From positions 1-26,547 of the forward strand of contig JBNJGY010000027.1 in the NCBI GenBank assembly GCA_051748045.1: a stretch of DNA of 26,547 nucleotides, read 5' to 3'. The position numbers and the translations under genes were made by a program. Positions 9,408-17,462 of this stretch are shown here, in pieces (the first letter of the stretch is position 1; every line of letters starts with the position of its first letter). A model generated the notes under the pieces. The model did not search any database, was not told where the DNA came from, and saw only the letters and a list, made by a program, of their open reading frames with translations. This stretch comes from Thermotogota bacterium. GTDB lineage: Bacteria; Thermotogota; Thermotogae; Petrotogales; Petrotogaceae.

Positions 9408-10405
9408 GTGAAAATTTAATTGAAGTTAAAAACCTTAAAAAATGGTTCCCTGTCAGAAGATCTGCTAAAGAATTTTTTACTGGCCAACAAAAGCATGTTA
9501 AAGCAGTAGATGGCATAACTTTTAATATAAAAAAAGGTGAAATCTTTGGATTAATTGGTGAGTCTGGTTGTGGGAAAACAACAACAGGAAAACTCATCAT
9601 GAAACTATTAGACCCAACAGATGGGAAATTGATTTTTAATAAAGAAGATGTAACTCATACTGATAGTGAAAGATTAAAACAATATAGAAAAGAAGTTCAA
9701 ATGATCTTCCAAGATCCTTATGCATCTATGAACCCAAGATTTAAAATAAAAGATGTTTTGGAAGAACCACTGATCATACATAAAATTGGTGAAGATACTT
9801 ATGAAAGAATAGACAAAATAAAAAAAGCATTAGAAGAAGTTCACCTTCAACCAGCTGATGAATTTATGTTTAGATACCCTCATATGCTTAGTGGTGGACA
9901 AAGGCAAAGAGCGGCTACAGCGAGATCTTTAATCTTAAATCCAATTATGATGGTCGCTGATGAACCTGTTTCTATGATAGATTTATCTACAAGAGCAGAA
10001 ATATTACATATGATGAAAACTGTTCAAAGAGATTTAAATTTAACATATTTGTATATTACTCATGATTTGTCTACAGCGAGATATTTTACAGATAGAATAG
10101 CTGTTATGTATTTAGGAAGAATAGTTGAAATGGGAACTCCTGATGACGTTATAGATAACCCACTTCATCCTTATACAAAAGCTTTGATAAGTGCTGTTTG
10201 TGAACCTAAAACAGGAAAACAAAATACTTATAAAGAAGTTCCGATTAAAGGAGAAATCCCTTCGGCAGCTGCTATACCAAAAGGTTGTAGATTCCATACA
10301 AGATGTCCTTATGCAAAAGATGATTGTATAAATAAAGCTGAACCAGAATTGGCACAGGACACTGATGGGCATTTTGTTGCTTGTAGATTTTATAAAGAAC
10401 TCTAA
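9404..10405 (+). CDS. Peptide ABC transporter ATP-binding subunit (DppF/OppF-like)
   Basis: GESGCGKT; LSGGQRQR; DEPVSMID; HPYT...GCRFHTRC. Confidence 0.95.
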   Translation: MSENLIEVKNLKKWFPVRRSAKEFFTGQQKHVKAVDGITFNIKKGEIFGLIGESGCGKTTTGKLIMKLLDPTDGKLIFNKEDVTHTDSERLKQYRKEVQMIFQDPYASMNPRFKIKDVLEEPLIIHKIGEDTYERIDKIKKALEEVHLQPADEFMFRYPHMLSGGQRQRAATARSLILNPIMMVADEPVSMIDLSTRAEILHMMKTVQRDLNLTYLYITHDLSTARYFTDRIAVMYLGRIVEMGTPDDVIDNPLHPYTKALISAVCEPKTGKQNTYKEVPIKGEIPSAAAIPKGCRFHTRCPYAKDDCINKAEPELAQDTDGHFVACRFYKEL

Positions 10406-10406
10406 T

Positions 10407-10446
10407 AAACAAACCCTGGTATCTTTTAGATACCAGGGTTTGTTTT
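10407..10446 (+). terminator. Intrinsic terminator of the ABC operon (possibly bidirectional)
   Basis: AAACAAACCCTGGTATCT-TTT-AGATACCAGGGTTTGTTT, a perfect 18-bp dyad just after the stop codon. Confidence 0.9.
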
Positions 10447-10472
10447 GGTTTTAAAAAGGTCGATAATATTTA

Positions 10473-10777
10473 TAATCGTTTTAAATTCTTTAAAATAATG
10501 AAGAAATTGTAAAACGATTACTGTCAGAAGATAGATCATGGAGGGTGAAAGTAAAACCATTGTTGGAAATCAATTGCTCTGTCATCTCGACTAAGATGCA
10601 AAGCATCGCATGGAGAGATCCCATCAGTAAATTTCACGAAGTGAAATTAAGCTTTTAAATCAATTCAATTTTCTACGAAAATTTACTGAAGAGATGTCTC
10701 GACCCTGCTCGACATGACACGCGCAACAGTTTTCAATACATGTTTTTACCAACAACAAAAATCTTTTCATGATTTTT
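10473..10777. repeat. Palindromic REP/REPIN- or MITE-like intergenic element (complete copy)
   Basis: Nested inverted repeats: TGTCATCTCGA (10580) / TCGACATGACA (ends 10719); GAGAGATCCC / GAGATGTCTC; TCAGTAAATTT (10624) / AAATTTACTGA (10679). Imperfect outer arms and terminal hairpins. Homologous to 17165-17305. Confidence 0.75.
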
Positions 10778-11411
10778 ATGACAATATTTCTTTCAAATCT
10801 TTTTTTATCTTATCCCAATCATGAATCATATCCGGAAATAGAGCCTTATTTTTTTCTTTCATTTTTTCTACACCAAAAATATATCCATCTGTATCGCCAT
10901 TTTTCAGTACATTCATTCCAAATGATTTTAATAAAAATTTCATAGGTTCTATAATATTTTTTTCATATAATTTTTCAGCTTCTGGCATTTCTTCTATATT
11001 TGTACCTCCATGAGCAATTATAAAAGCTTTTTTATCTTTCAACACCCAATTGAAGTTTGGATCTTTTATCCAGCTTGTATATAATAATTCGTTTATTTTT
11101 TCAAATATCATTGTCATTTTTGCTGGAATTATAGAATAATGTGGTACAACAAAATAAATAATATCTGCTTTTTTCATTTTACTAAAAATATCATTAAAAT
11201 CATCTTTTTTTATACACTTTCCATCTTTTACACAACTTCCGCAAAATTTACAAGGTTTCAGTTTATGTTCTACGAGTTTTATTATGTTAACTTTATTCTC
11301 TTTATCTTCTACTAAATCCTTTATAATTTCACAAGTTTTTGTAGAAGCGCTATCATTTTTTTTGTGGTTTACATTTGATGTGGATATACATAAATGTCTA
11401 ATCTCTTCCAT
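10776..11411 (-). CDS. Flavodoxin-like / NADPH-dependent FMN reductase family protein with iron-sulfur flavoprotein (Isf-type) motif
   Basis: CKFCGSCVKDGKC = CX2CX2CX5C, followed by KDDF...ADIIYFVVPHY...PAKM. Confidence 0.8.
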   Translation of the reverse strand: MEEIRHLCISTSNVNHKKNDSASTKTCEIIKDLVEDKENKVNIIKLVEHKLKPCKFCGSCVKDGKCIKKDDFNDIFSKMKKADIIYFVVPHYSIIPAKMTMIFEKINELLYTSWIKDPNFNWVLKDKKAFIIAHGGTNIEEMPEAEKLYEKNIIEPMKFLLKSFGMNVLKNGDTDGYIFGVEKMKEKNKALFPDMIHDWDKIKKDLKEILS

Positions 11412-11419
11412 CCCCTTTT

Positions 11420-12520
11420 TTATATATTAATATTTTTAATAAAATCTACAATTCTTTCAGAAGCTTTCCCGTCTCCAAATGGATTTTTCGCATTTGCCAT
11501 TTTTTCATATTTTTTTGTTTCAAGCGATTTCATTGATTTATAAACTTTTTCTGTACTTGTTCCAACTAACTCAGCAACACCAGATTTTATTGCTTCTGGT
11601 CTTTCAGTTTCATTTCTTAAAACTAAAATTGGTTTCCCAAGATGTGGAGCTTCTTCTTGAAGTCCTCCTGAATCAGACATTATATAATAGCTGCTATTCA
11701 TTAAAGAAACAAAATCAAGATAAGGTAAGGGGTCTGTTAATATAACTCTTTCTTCGCCCTCTAATTCGTCTCTCACGATTTCTCTAACTTTAGGGTTTAG
11801 ATGTACAGGATATATTAGATATATTTCTTTATTCTCTAAAAGATATTTTTTAATACCTTTTATAATTTGTTTCATTGGTTCTCCAAGATTTTCTCTTCTA
11901 TGAAGAGTTAGAAGTATATATTTTTTGTATTTTAAATCGTATTTTTTTTGTACTTTTTCTAAATCATATATTTTATTTTTTATTATCCATTTTAATGCAT
12001 CTACAACAGTATTTCCTGTTATTAAAATATTATCTTCTTTTACTCCTTCTTTTAACAAATTATCTTTTGCAATTCTAGTAGGAGCAAAATGAAATTTAGC
12101 AATTGTTCCAGCTAATTTTCTGTTTATTTCTTCTGGAAAAGGATAGTAAATATCACTAGTTCTCAACCCAGATTCAACATGACAAACAGGTATCTTTTTA
12201 TAAAATGCACAAAGACTTGCTATAAAAGTTGTTGTTGTATCTCCATGAACAAAAATATAATCATATTTCTTCTTTTTTAATAGGTTGCTTATTTTTAATA
12301 ATAAATTAGCAGATAACTCTTCTAAAGACTGATTATGCTTCATTATTTCTAGTTTATAGTCTGGTTTAACTTCGAAAATATCGAAAACTTGATCTAACAT
12401 TTCTTTGTGCTGACCTGTTGAAATTATTTCTATATTTATTTTTTCTTCTTTCATCTTTTTATATAGAGGTATCATTTTTATTGCTTCTGGCCTCGTCCCA
12501 AATATCATAGCAACTTTCAT
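11420..12520 (-). CDS. wecB: UDP-N-acetylglucosamine 2-epimerase (non-hydrolysing)
   Basis: FGTRPEAIKM; TGQH; VHGDTTT; HVESGLRT; PFPEEINR; HRREN; DSGGLQEEAP; TERPEA; NPFGDG. Confidence 0.95.
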   Translation of the reverse strand: MKVAMIFGTRPEAIKMIPLYKKMKEEKINIEIISTGQHKEMLDQVFDIFEVKPDYKLEIMKHNQSLEELSANLLLKISNLLKKKKYDYIFVHGDTTTTFIASLCAFYKKIPVCHVESGLRTSDIYYPFPEEINRKLAGTIAKFHFAPTRIAKDNLLKEGVKEDNILITGNTVVDALKWIIKNKIYDLEKVQKKYDLKYKKYILLTLHRRENLGEPMKQIIKGIKKYLLENKEIYLIYPVHLNPKVREIVRDELEGEERVILTDPLPYLDFVSLMNSSYYIMSDSGGLQEEAPHLGKPILVLRNETERPEAIKSGVAELVGTSTEKVYKSMKSLETKKYEKMANAKNPFGDGKASERIVDFIKNINI

Positions 12521-12524
12521 TAAA

Positions 12525-13049
12525 TCACCTTCTCATAAGAGTCAAGGAATAATAAATTATAAAAATAGAGTAAATAATGTAAAGAATAGAAGGAAAATAA
12601 AAAAGATGATTTTGCCCTAATGAAGTGTTACCAAAAACACTTATACCCAACCAGTTTATAGAATATTTAAAAATCATATAAATAATAATAGTAAGACTGA
12701 TAAACCCAACAGCAAAAATAACTAGGCCATAAACTTTATAAAATCTTTGAGCGATTCTTTCTATTGAATATATATGTAGAAGAATTCCAAAAAGTAAAAT
12801 AGGTAAAGTAAGATAAAAAATTGGCATTGTATTTAATACAAATTGGTCTCCAATAATACTTTGAATTTCATCTTTAAACATATAAACTCCAACAGCAAAA
12901 GACATTATAACCATTGATATTATTATGTTTACAGTTCCAAAAAACAAGTCAAATACTACAGAACCAGGAGTAGTCATTCTGTTAAATTTTACTTTTCCCC
13001 TTTTTGTTTCTATAGATTCTTCAGGGTTATCTATTATTATTTTAGCCAT
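12525..13049 (-). CDS. Hypothetical integral membrane protein (~4 TM)
   Basis: Four hydrophobic segments, SD GAGGTG, tightly packed in the operon. Confidence 0.75.
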   Translation of the reverse strand: MAKIIIDNPEESIETKRGKVKFNRMTTPGSVVFDLFFGTVNIIISMVIMSFAVGVYMFKDEIQSIIGDQFVLNTMPIFYLTLPILLFGILLHIYSIERIAQRFYKVYGLVIFAVGFISLTIIIYMIFKYSINWLGISVFGNTSLGQNHLFYFPSILYIIYSIFIIYYSLTLMRR

Positions 13050-13059
13050 TTATTTCACC

Positions 13060-13842
13060 TCAAATTTTGAGAGCTTTAATAATTTCTATTTGTTTTTCTA
13101 TTTTATCTAAAAATAAATTATATATTTCCATAAAATCAACTTCTAAAATCTTTTCAGTTGGTAGTTTGACTACGCAAAGAGCATGGTCTTTAATTCCCAT
13201 CTCAGGGAGTTTGTAAGAATTTTCAATAAAATCATATTTTTCAATTAATTTTGATTTTAATATTCTAGCTATATCTATATATAAAGATTTCATCTCAGTC
13301 GGTACTTTTTCTGGCATTTTCATAAAAATGTGTATTTCATTCATATATGGAAAGAAAAACACTCCTTCTTCATATTTTTTATAATGATTTAGAATAAAAT
13401 TGAATATATCTTCATTTATTTTTTCACTTAGAGAAAAATAATTCAGTCCTTTAATTTTTTCTGAAAATAATAATTTTTTTATCAACCTTTCGTCTCCGGA
13501 AAGCTCAAAAGCACTTACTCTAAATGGTGATTGAACTATTGACGCTTTAACTTCAGGTTCGACTACAAAACCATTTTCTTCTGCAATTTTTTTATATTCT
13601 TTTTTTAATTCTTCTTCATATTCAACATCTTTTGGGTAAAGGCTACTCATAACCTTATTTGGTGCATCAGAAGTAAGTGTCCTTATAACTCTTCCTTCTT
13701 TATCTGTAAAATATGATAATACAGGAAATTTATCAAATTTATCATGTATCCAAACTGCAAAAAAATGATCAAATTCATCTGCTATCTTATCTTTATATGA
13801 ATTTAAATAACTCACTCCATCTAAAATAAACTCATCTTGCAT
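13060..13842 (-). CDS. Conserved hypothetical soluble protein (possibly the Thermotogota-specific DUF4895 family)
   Basis: 260-aa ORF translationally coupled to uvrC (TAATG) with SD GGGGGA. Family guess is from memory of size and context only. Confidence 0.65.
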   Translation of the reverse strand: MQDEFILDGVSYLNSYKDKIADEFDHFFAVWIHDKFDKFPVLSYFTDKEGRVIRTLTSDAPNKVMSSLYPKDVEYEEELKKEYKKIAEENGFVVEPEVKASIVQSPFRVSAFELSGDERLIKKLLFSEKIKGLNYFSLSEKINEDIFNFILNHYKKYEEGVFFFPYMNEIHIFMKMPEKVPTEMKSLYIDIARILKSKLIEKYDFIENSYKLPEMGIKDHALCVVKLPTEKILEVDFMEIYNLFLDKIEKQIEIIKALKI

Positions 13843-15566
13843 TATTTTTCCCCCAATACTTGCTTGATTTTCTTCGCAACTTTTTCGCTATTAATCACTT
13901 TAGCTATTTCCTCCGTAGGTGCCTTCAATATATTATTCAAACTTCCATATTCATGTATCAATTGTTTTTTTCTTTTTGGCCCTATTCCAGGAACTTCATC
14001 CAATTTTGTTTTCTCATATCTTTTTGATCTTAGTTTTCTATTAAAACCAATAGCAAACCTATGAGTTTCATCTCTAATAAAAATCAGCAATCTAAGGACT
14101 GGATTATCCAAATTCAAATGTAGATCTGGTATTTCGCCAGGAAACACAACTCTTTCATCTTCTTTAGCTATTCCCACAACATCTACATCATCTAAATTAT
14201 ACCCCAATTCTTCTAGAGCTTGGACTGCTGAATTGACTTGTCCTTTTCCCCCATCAATGAACAAAAGATCAGGCAAATCATGTTTTTTGTATCTTCTTCT
14301 TATAACAGTTCTTATACTTTCAAAATCATTTGGTTCTTTAAACTCATCTAACCTGTATCTTCTATACCCCTCTTTATTAGGTTTCCCACCTTCAAAATTA
14401 ACCAAAGATGCTACAGTGTATAACCCCTGTAAATGAGAAATATCAATACCTTCTATTTTTTTAGGTACTTTCTTAAGATTCAGAATATCTTTTGCTTGTT
14501 TTAATGTGTTGCCCAAATTAGTGTATCTTTTAATTTCATCATCTAAATTTTTGAAACCAAATTTAAAGATGGCGGAGTTTTTACTCATTTTCATTATTGA
14601 TTTTAATCCATTTTTTTCAAGAAATTTTTTTATTTGAGAAGATATTTTTTCTTCGTACATAGTATATATATTCGATGGAACTTCATTCTTTCTCACCACG
14701 TAAAACTGGTGTAAAAATTCTTCTAAAGAACTATCTAAAGTAAATGTTAATTTAGAAACTAAATATCCAGCTCTGATTCTTAAAAGCAAGAATATTGGTT
14801 CTTCATACATGATAACATCTATATTTCTATTTGTTTTGAACTCTACTCCCAACTTAACAAATAACTTATCTAGTTTTTTGTGCGTATCTCTCATTTGTGC
14901 TGCTTTTTCAAAATTTAATATATCAGAATATTCTTTCATGGCCCTCTCAAGGTATGATTTTACTTTTTCAACTCTTCCGTTCAAAAATTCTAAAACTTCA
15001 TTTACAGAATTTTTATACAATTTAGTATCAACATCCTTATAACAAGGGCCATAACACATTCCAAGATGATACAAAAAACATGGTTTAGATTTTTTATCCA
15101 TACTTCTTTCACAACTTCTCACTTTATAAACTCTTTGGAGAACTTCTATGACATCTTTAACAAATCTGACGTTGGGATAAGGACCGAAATATTTACCTTT
15201 GGCCTCTTTTTTAGTTCTTACATATTTTATAGTTGGGTATTTTTCATCTGTTATTAGAATATACGGATAAACTCTAGTATCTTTAAGCAATATATTATAT
15301 TTTGGTTTATGAGTATAAATCATATTTGCCTCAAGGATAAATGCTTCATCTTCACTTGAGGCTAGTATATAATCTAAATATTCAGAGTTTTTTATTATAT
15401 TTAAAACTTTTTCATATTTTAATTGGTTTGATGGATTGAAATACGATGAAAGCCTACTTTTAAGATTCTTTGCTTTTCCTACATATATTGGTTGACCTTT
15501 GCTATTTTTGAATACATATACTCCTGGCTTTCTTGGAACTTTTTTTATTACATCTCTTTCTATCAT
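13842..15566 (-). CDS. uvrC: Excinuclease ABC subunit C
   Basis: GIY-YIG N-terminus (PGVYVF...IYVGKAKNL); Cys-rich region; UVR motif (LNFEKAAQMRD); RNase H-like domain (IEGIDISH, PDLLFIDGGKGQ, RDETHRFA); HhH (PGIGPKR). Confidence 0.97.
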   Translation of the reverse strand: MIERDVIKKVPRKPGVYVFKNSKGQPIYVGKAKNLKSRLSSYFNPSNQLKYEKVLNIIKNSEYLDYILASSEDEAFILEANMIYTHKPKYNILLKDTRVYPYILITDEKYPTIKYVRTKKEAKGKYFGPYPNVRFVKDVIEVLQRVYKVRSCERSMDKKSKPCFLYHLGMCYGPCYKDVDTKLYKNSVNEVLEFLNGRVEKVKSYLERAMKEYSDILNFEKAAQMRDTHKKLDKLFVKLGVEFKTNRNIDVIMYEEPIFLLLRIRAGYLVSKLTFTLDSSLEEFLHQFYVVRKNEVPSNIYTMYEEKISSQIKKFLEKNGLKSIMKMSKNSAIFKFGFKNLDDEIKRYTNLGNTLKQAKDILNLKKVPKKIEGIDISHLQGLYTVASLVNFEGGKPNKEGYRRYRLDEFKEPNDFESIRTVIRRRYKKHDLPDLLFIDGGKGQVNSAVQALEELGYNLDDVDVVGIAKEDERVVFPGEIPDLHLNLDNPVLRLLIFIRDETHRFAIGFNRKLRSKRYEKTKLDEVPGIGPKRKKQLIHEYGSLNNILKAPTEEIAKVINSEKVAKKIKQVLGEK

Positions 15567-15578
15567 CTATATCATTCC

Positions 15579-16112
15579 TTATTTTTCATAATTACAACAA
15601 ATACAATTTGTACAATACCTATTTTCCAATAAACTATCTACTTTTTCTCCTATAGGATTATCATTCCCTGAGATATATGAAGCATAATGCAAATGTAAAC
15701 ATTTAACAAACTTAAAATCAGAAATTCCTCCTACACCTTTTTCTCTCAATGTTTTCTGCATCGGTTCTGGAAGTTCATTTATTTCATCATCAATTATTTC
15801 TAATCTTTCTTGAATTTCTTTCAAATGTGCATCTTGAATTTTATTAGATAAATTTGTATCTTGATCTATTTTGTTTTGAATTTCTTCTATTTTATTCCTT
15901 GATTCCAATTTTGAAATTTCTTCGTTTAAATAGGGACAAGTTAACCAATACATTGTTGGAAATGGTTTTTTGTTCAGAATTGGATAATTTTTTATTGTCA
16001 TTGGATAACCGTATTTACAAACTGAAGCTACCCGCATTTTATTTTTTAGCTCTCTACCCATTTGTTGTTCTACAATTTTTAAATCTTTTTCTGAAATCTC
16101 AAAGCTATCCAT
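15579..16112 (-). CDS. DUF501 family protein
   Basis: C-x-x-G-x-P; PFPTMYWLTCP; ISKLES; GVGG; VKCLHLHYA; NPIG. SD GGAGGG; overlaps the prmA 3' end. Confidence 0.85.
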   Translation of the reverse strand: MDSFEISEKDLKIVEQQMGRELKNKMRVASVCKYGYPMTIKNYPILNKKPFPTMYWLTCPYLNEEISKLESRNKIEEIQNKIDQDTNLSNKIQDAHLKEIQERLEIIDDEINELPEPMQKTLREKGVGGISDFKFVKCLHLHYASYISGNDNPIGEKVDSLLENRYCTNCICCNYEK

Positions 16113-16927
16113 GTGTTACCCTCCATTTTTTCCTTTAATTCAAGACCTTTTTCTTTGGCTTTATTCATGATTAAATTTTCCTTATCATATATAATGCCAG
16201 AAAAAATAATTTCTGTTTTTTCTTCTATAAATTTATCGAACTTTTCATGATTCATCAAATTTATTAATAATTCTGCTACCATATTAGAAATTAAAATATC
16301 TGGTTTATATTCATCTACATTATCTAAAAAATCAGATACTCCTGTTTCTATATCCATTTTGTTTAATTTAATAGTATCCTTTGCTTTTTCAATTGCAATT
16401 TTATCATAATCGTACCCTTTTACTTCTCCAGCACCCAATAATTTAGCAACCATTGAAAGAATACCAGTCCCGCAACCTATATCTAAAACAGATTTTCCAT
16501 TTAAATTAATATTTTTTAGCATTTTAGACGCTAATTTAGTTGTTGGATGTAGCCCAGTACCAAATGCGCTTCCGGGTATTATATGTAAAACTTGAGCATT
16601 TTCTTTTTCAAAAGATTTTTCAGGAAAAGGATTTATCCATATACCCTCAATCAATTTAAATGGTTTTAAAGTATCCAACCAAGCTTTCAGCCAATCTTTT
16701 TCAATTACTAATTCTTTAGATAGAAGTTCTAAATGAAATTTTTCCATTAAATAATTTATGAAATCTTCATTTGTATTTTCTGCAGAAAGATACATTTTTA
16801 ATGTGGTTATGTTGTTTTTTATATCTTCATCTATAAAATAATCCTTAAAATTATGGTCAAAAAAAGTCTCTATTAAATCATCTTCTATATTCTTTGTTAT
16901 AGAAAACAAATATTCATAATATCTCAT
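16079..16927 (-). CDS. prmA: Ribosomal protein L11 methyltransferase
   Basis: DWLKAW; PGSAFGTGLHPTT; VLDIGCGTGILS; N-x-x-A; FSGI. Confidence 0.92.
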   Translation of the reverse strand: MRYYEYLFSITKNIEDDLIETFFDHNFKDYFIDEDIKNNITTLKMYLSAENTNEDFINYLMEKFHLELLSKELVIEKDWLKAWLDTLKPFKLIEGIWINPFPEKSFEKENAQVLHIIPGSAFGTGLHPTTKLASKMLKNINLNGKSVLDIGCGTGILSMVAKLLGAGEVKGYDYDKIAIEKAKDTIKLNKMDIETGVSDFLDNVDEYKPDILISNMVAELLINLMNHEKFDKFIEEKTEIIFSGIIYDKENLIMNKAKEKGLELKEKMEGNTWIALRFQKKI

Positions 16928-16973
16928 AAAATCACCTCAAATTATTATTCTACTTCCATTATACATTAATTGT

Positions 16974-17305
16974 AAAATAAATTGCTTTGCAATTTATTTT
17001 GTTGTTAGTTGTAGGATGGAGGTTGTTGGTTTTTGTATTATTTTAGACGTTTAACAATGTTTTTTACTTCCAACTTCCAACCATAAACCTTCAACAGAAA
17101 ATGTTTACATTTTCTACTTTTTCGATCTTGTGAAGAACACTATTTATTATTTTATTTTCTTTTTAATTTCCTTCGAAAATTTACTGATGAGTTCCTTACG
17201 ACTCACTTCGTTCGCTCAGGATGACACATGCAAAGATTTTCAACAATGTTTTTTACTTCCAACTTCCAACATCATTCTTCCAACAAAAATCACTTCGTGA
17301 TTTTT
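16974..17305. repeat. Cluster of arms and a half-core of the same palindromic repeat family
   Basis: Exact 29-bp direct repeat AACAATGTTTTTTACTTCCAACTTCCAAC at 17053-17081 and 17242-17270. Hairpins at 16974-17000, 17096-17115 and 17285-17305. CGAAAATTTACTGA shared between 17174 and 10676; ATGACAC shared between 17221 and 10714. Confidence 0.75.
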
Positions 17306-17309
17306 ACTA

Positions 17310-17338
17310 TTGACAAAGTATTTATATAAAGATATAAT
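17310..17338 (+). promoter_or_regulatory. Consensus sigma70 promoter of tRNA-Ala
   Basis: TTGACA (17310-17315), 17-bp spacer, TATAAT (17333-17338). Confidence 0.9.
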
Positions 17339-17349
17339 AATTTAGAATT

Positions 17350-17425
17350 GGGGTCGTAGCTCAGTTGGGAGAGCGCTACCGTGGCACGGTAGAAGCCGTG
17401 GGTTCAAGTCCCATCGACTCCACCA
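17350..17425 (+). tRNA. tRNA-Ala (anticodon GGC)
   Basis: 76-nt cloverleaf: acceptor GGGGTCG/CGACTCC with G3:U70; D arm GCTC/GAGC; anticodon stem CTACC/GGTAG with loop GTGGCAC; T loop TTCAAGT; encoded CCA. Confidence 0.98.
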
Positions 17426-17426
17426 T

Positions 17427-17462
17427 AATAAAACAACCACTTTCGTGGTTGTTTTATTTTTT
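17427..17462. terminator. Bidirectional intrinsic terminator (tRNA-Ala and convergent GGDEF gene)
   Basis: AATAAAACAACCAC-TTTC-GTGGTTGTTTTATT with A/T tracts on both sides. Confidence 0.88.

Noticed and set aside
17174-17226. Hammerhead ribozyme (CTGATGA at 17184; CTGAAGA at 10686)
   Set aside because: No stem II followed by GAAA, and the nearby GAAA is too close upstream to form stems I and III. The motif is part of the palindrome arm.
17053-17270. Exact 29-bp direct repeat as a minimal CRISPR array
   Set aside because: Only two copies separated by 160 bp, no cas genes, and the repeat is explained as the arm of the palindromic family also present at 10473-10777.
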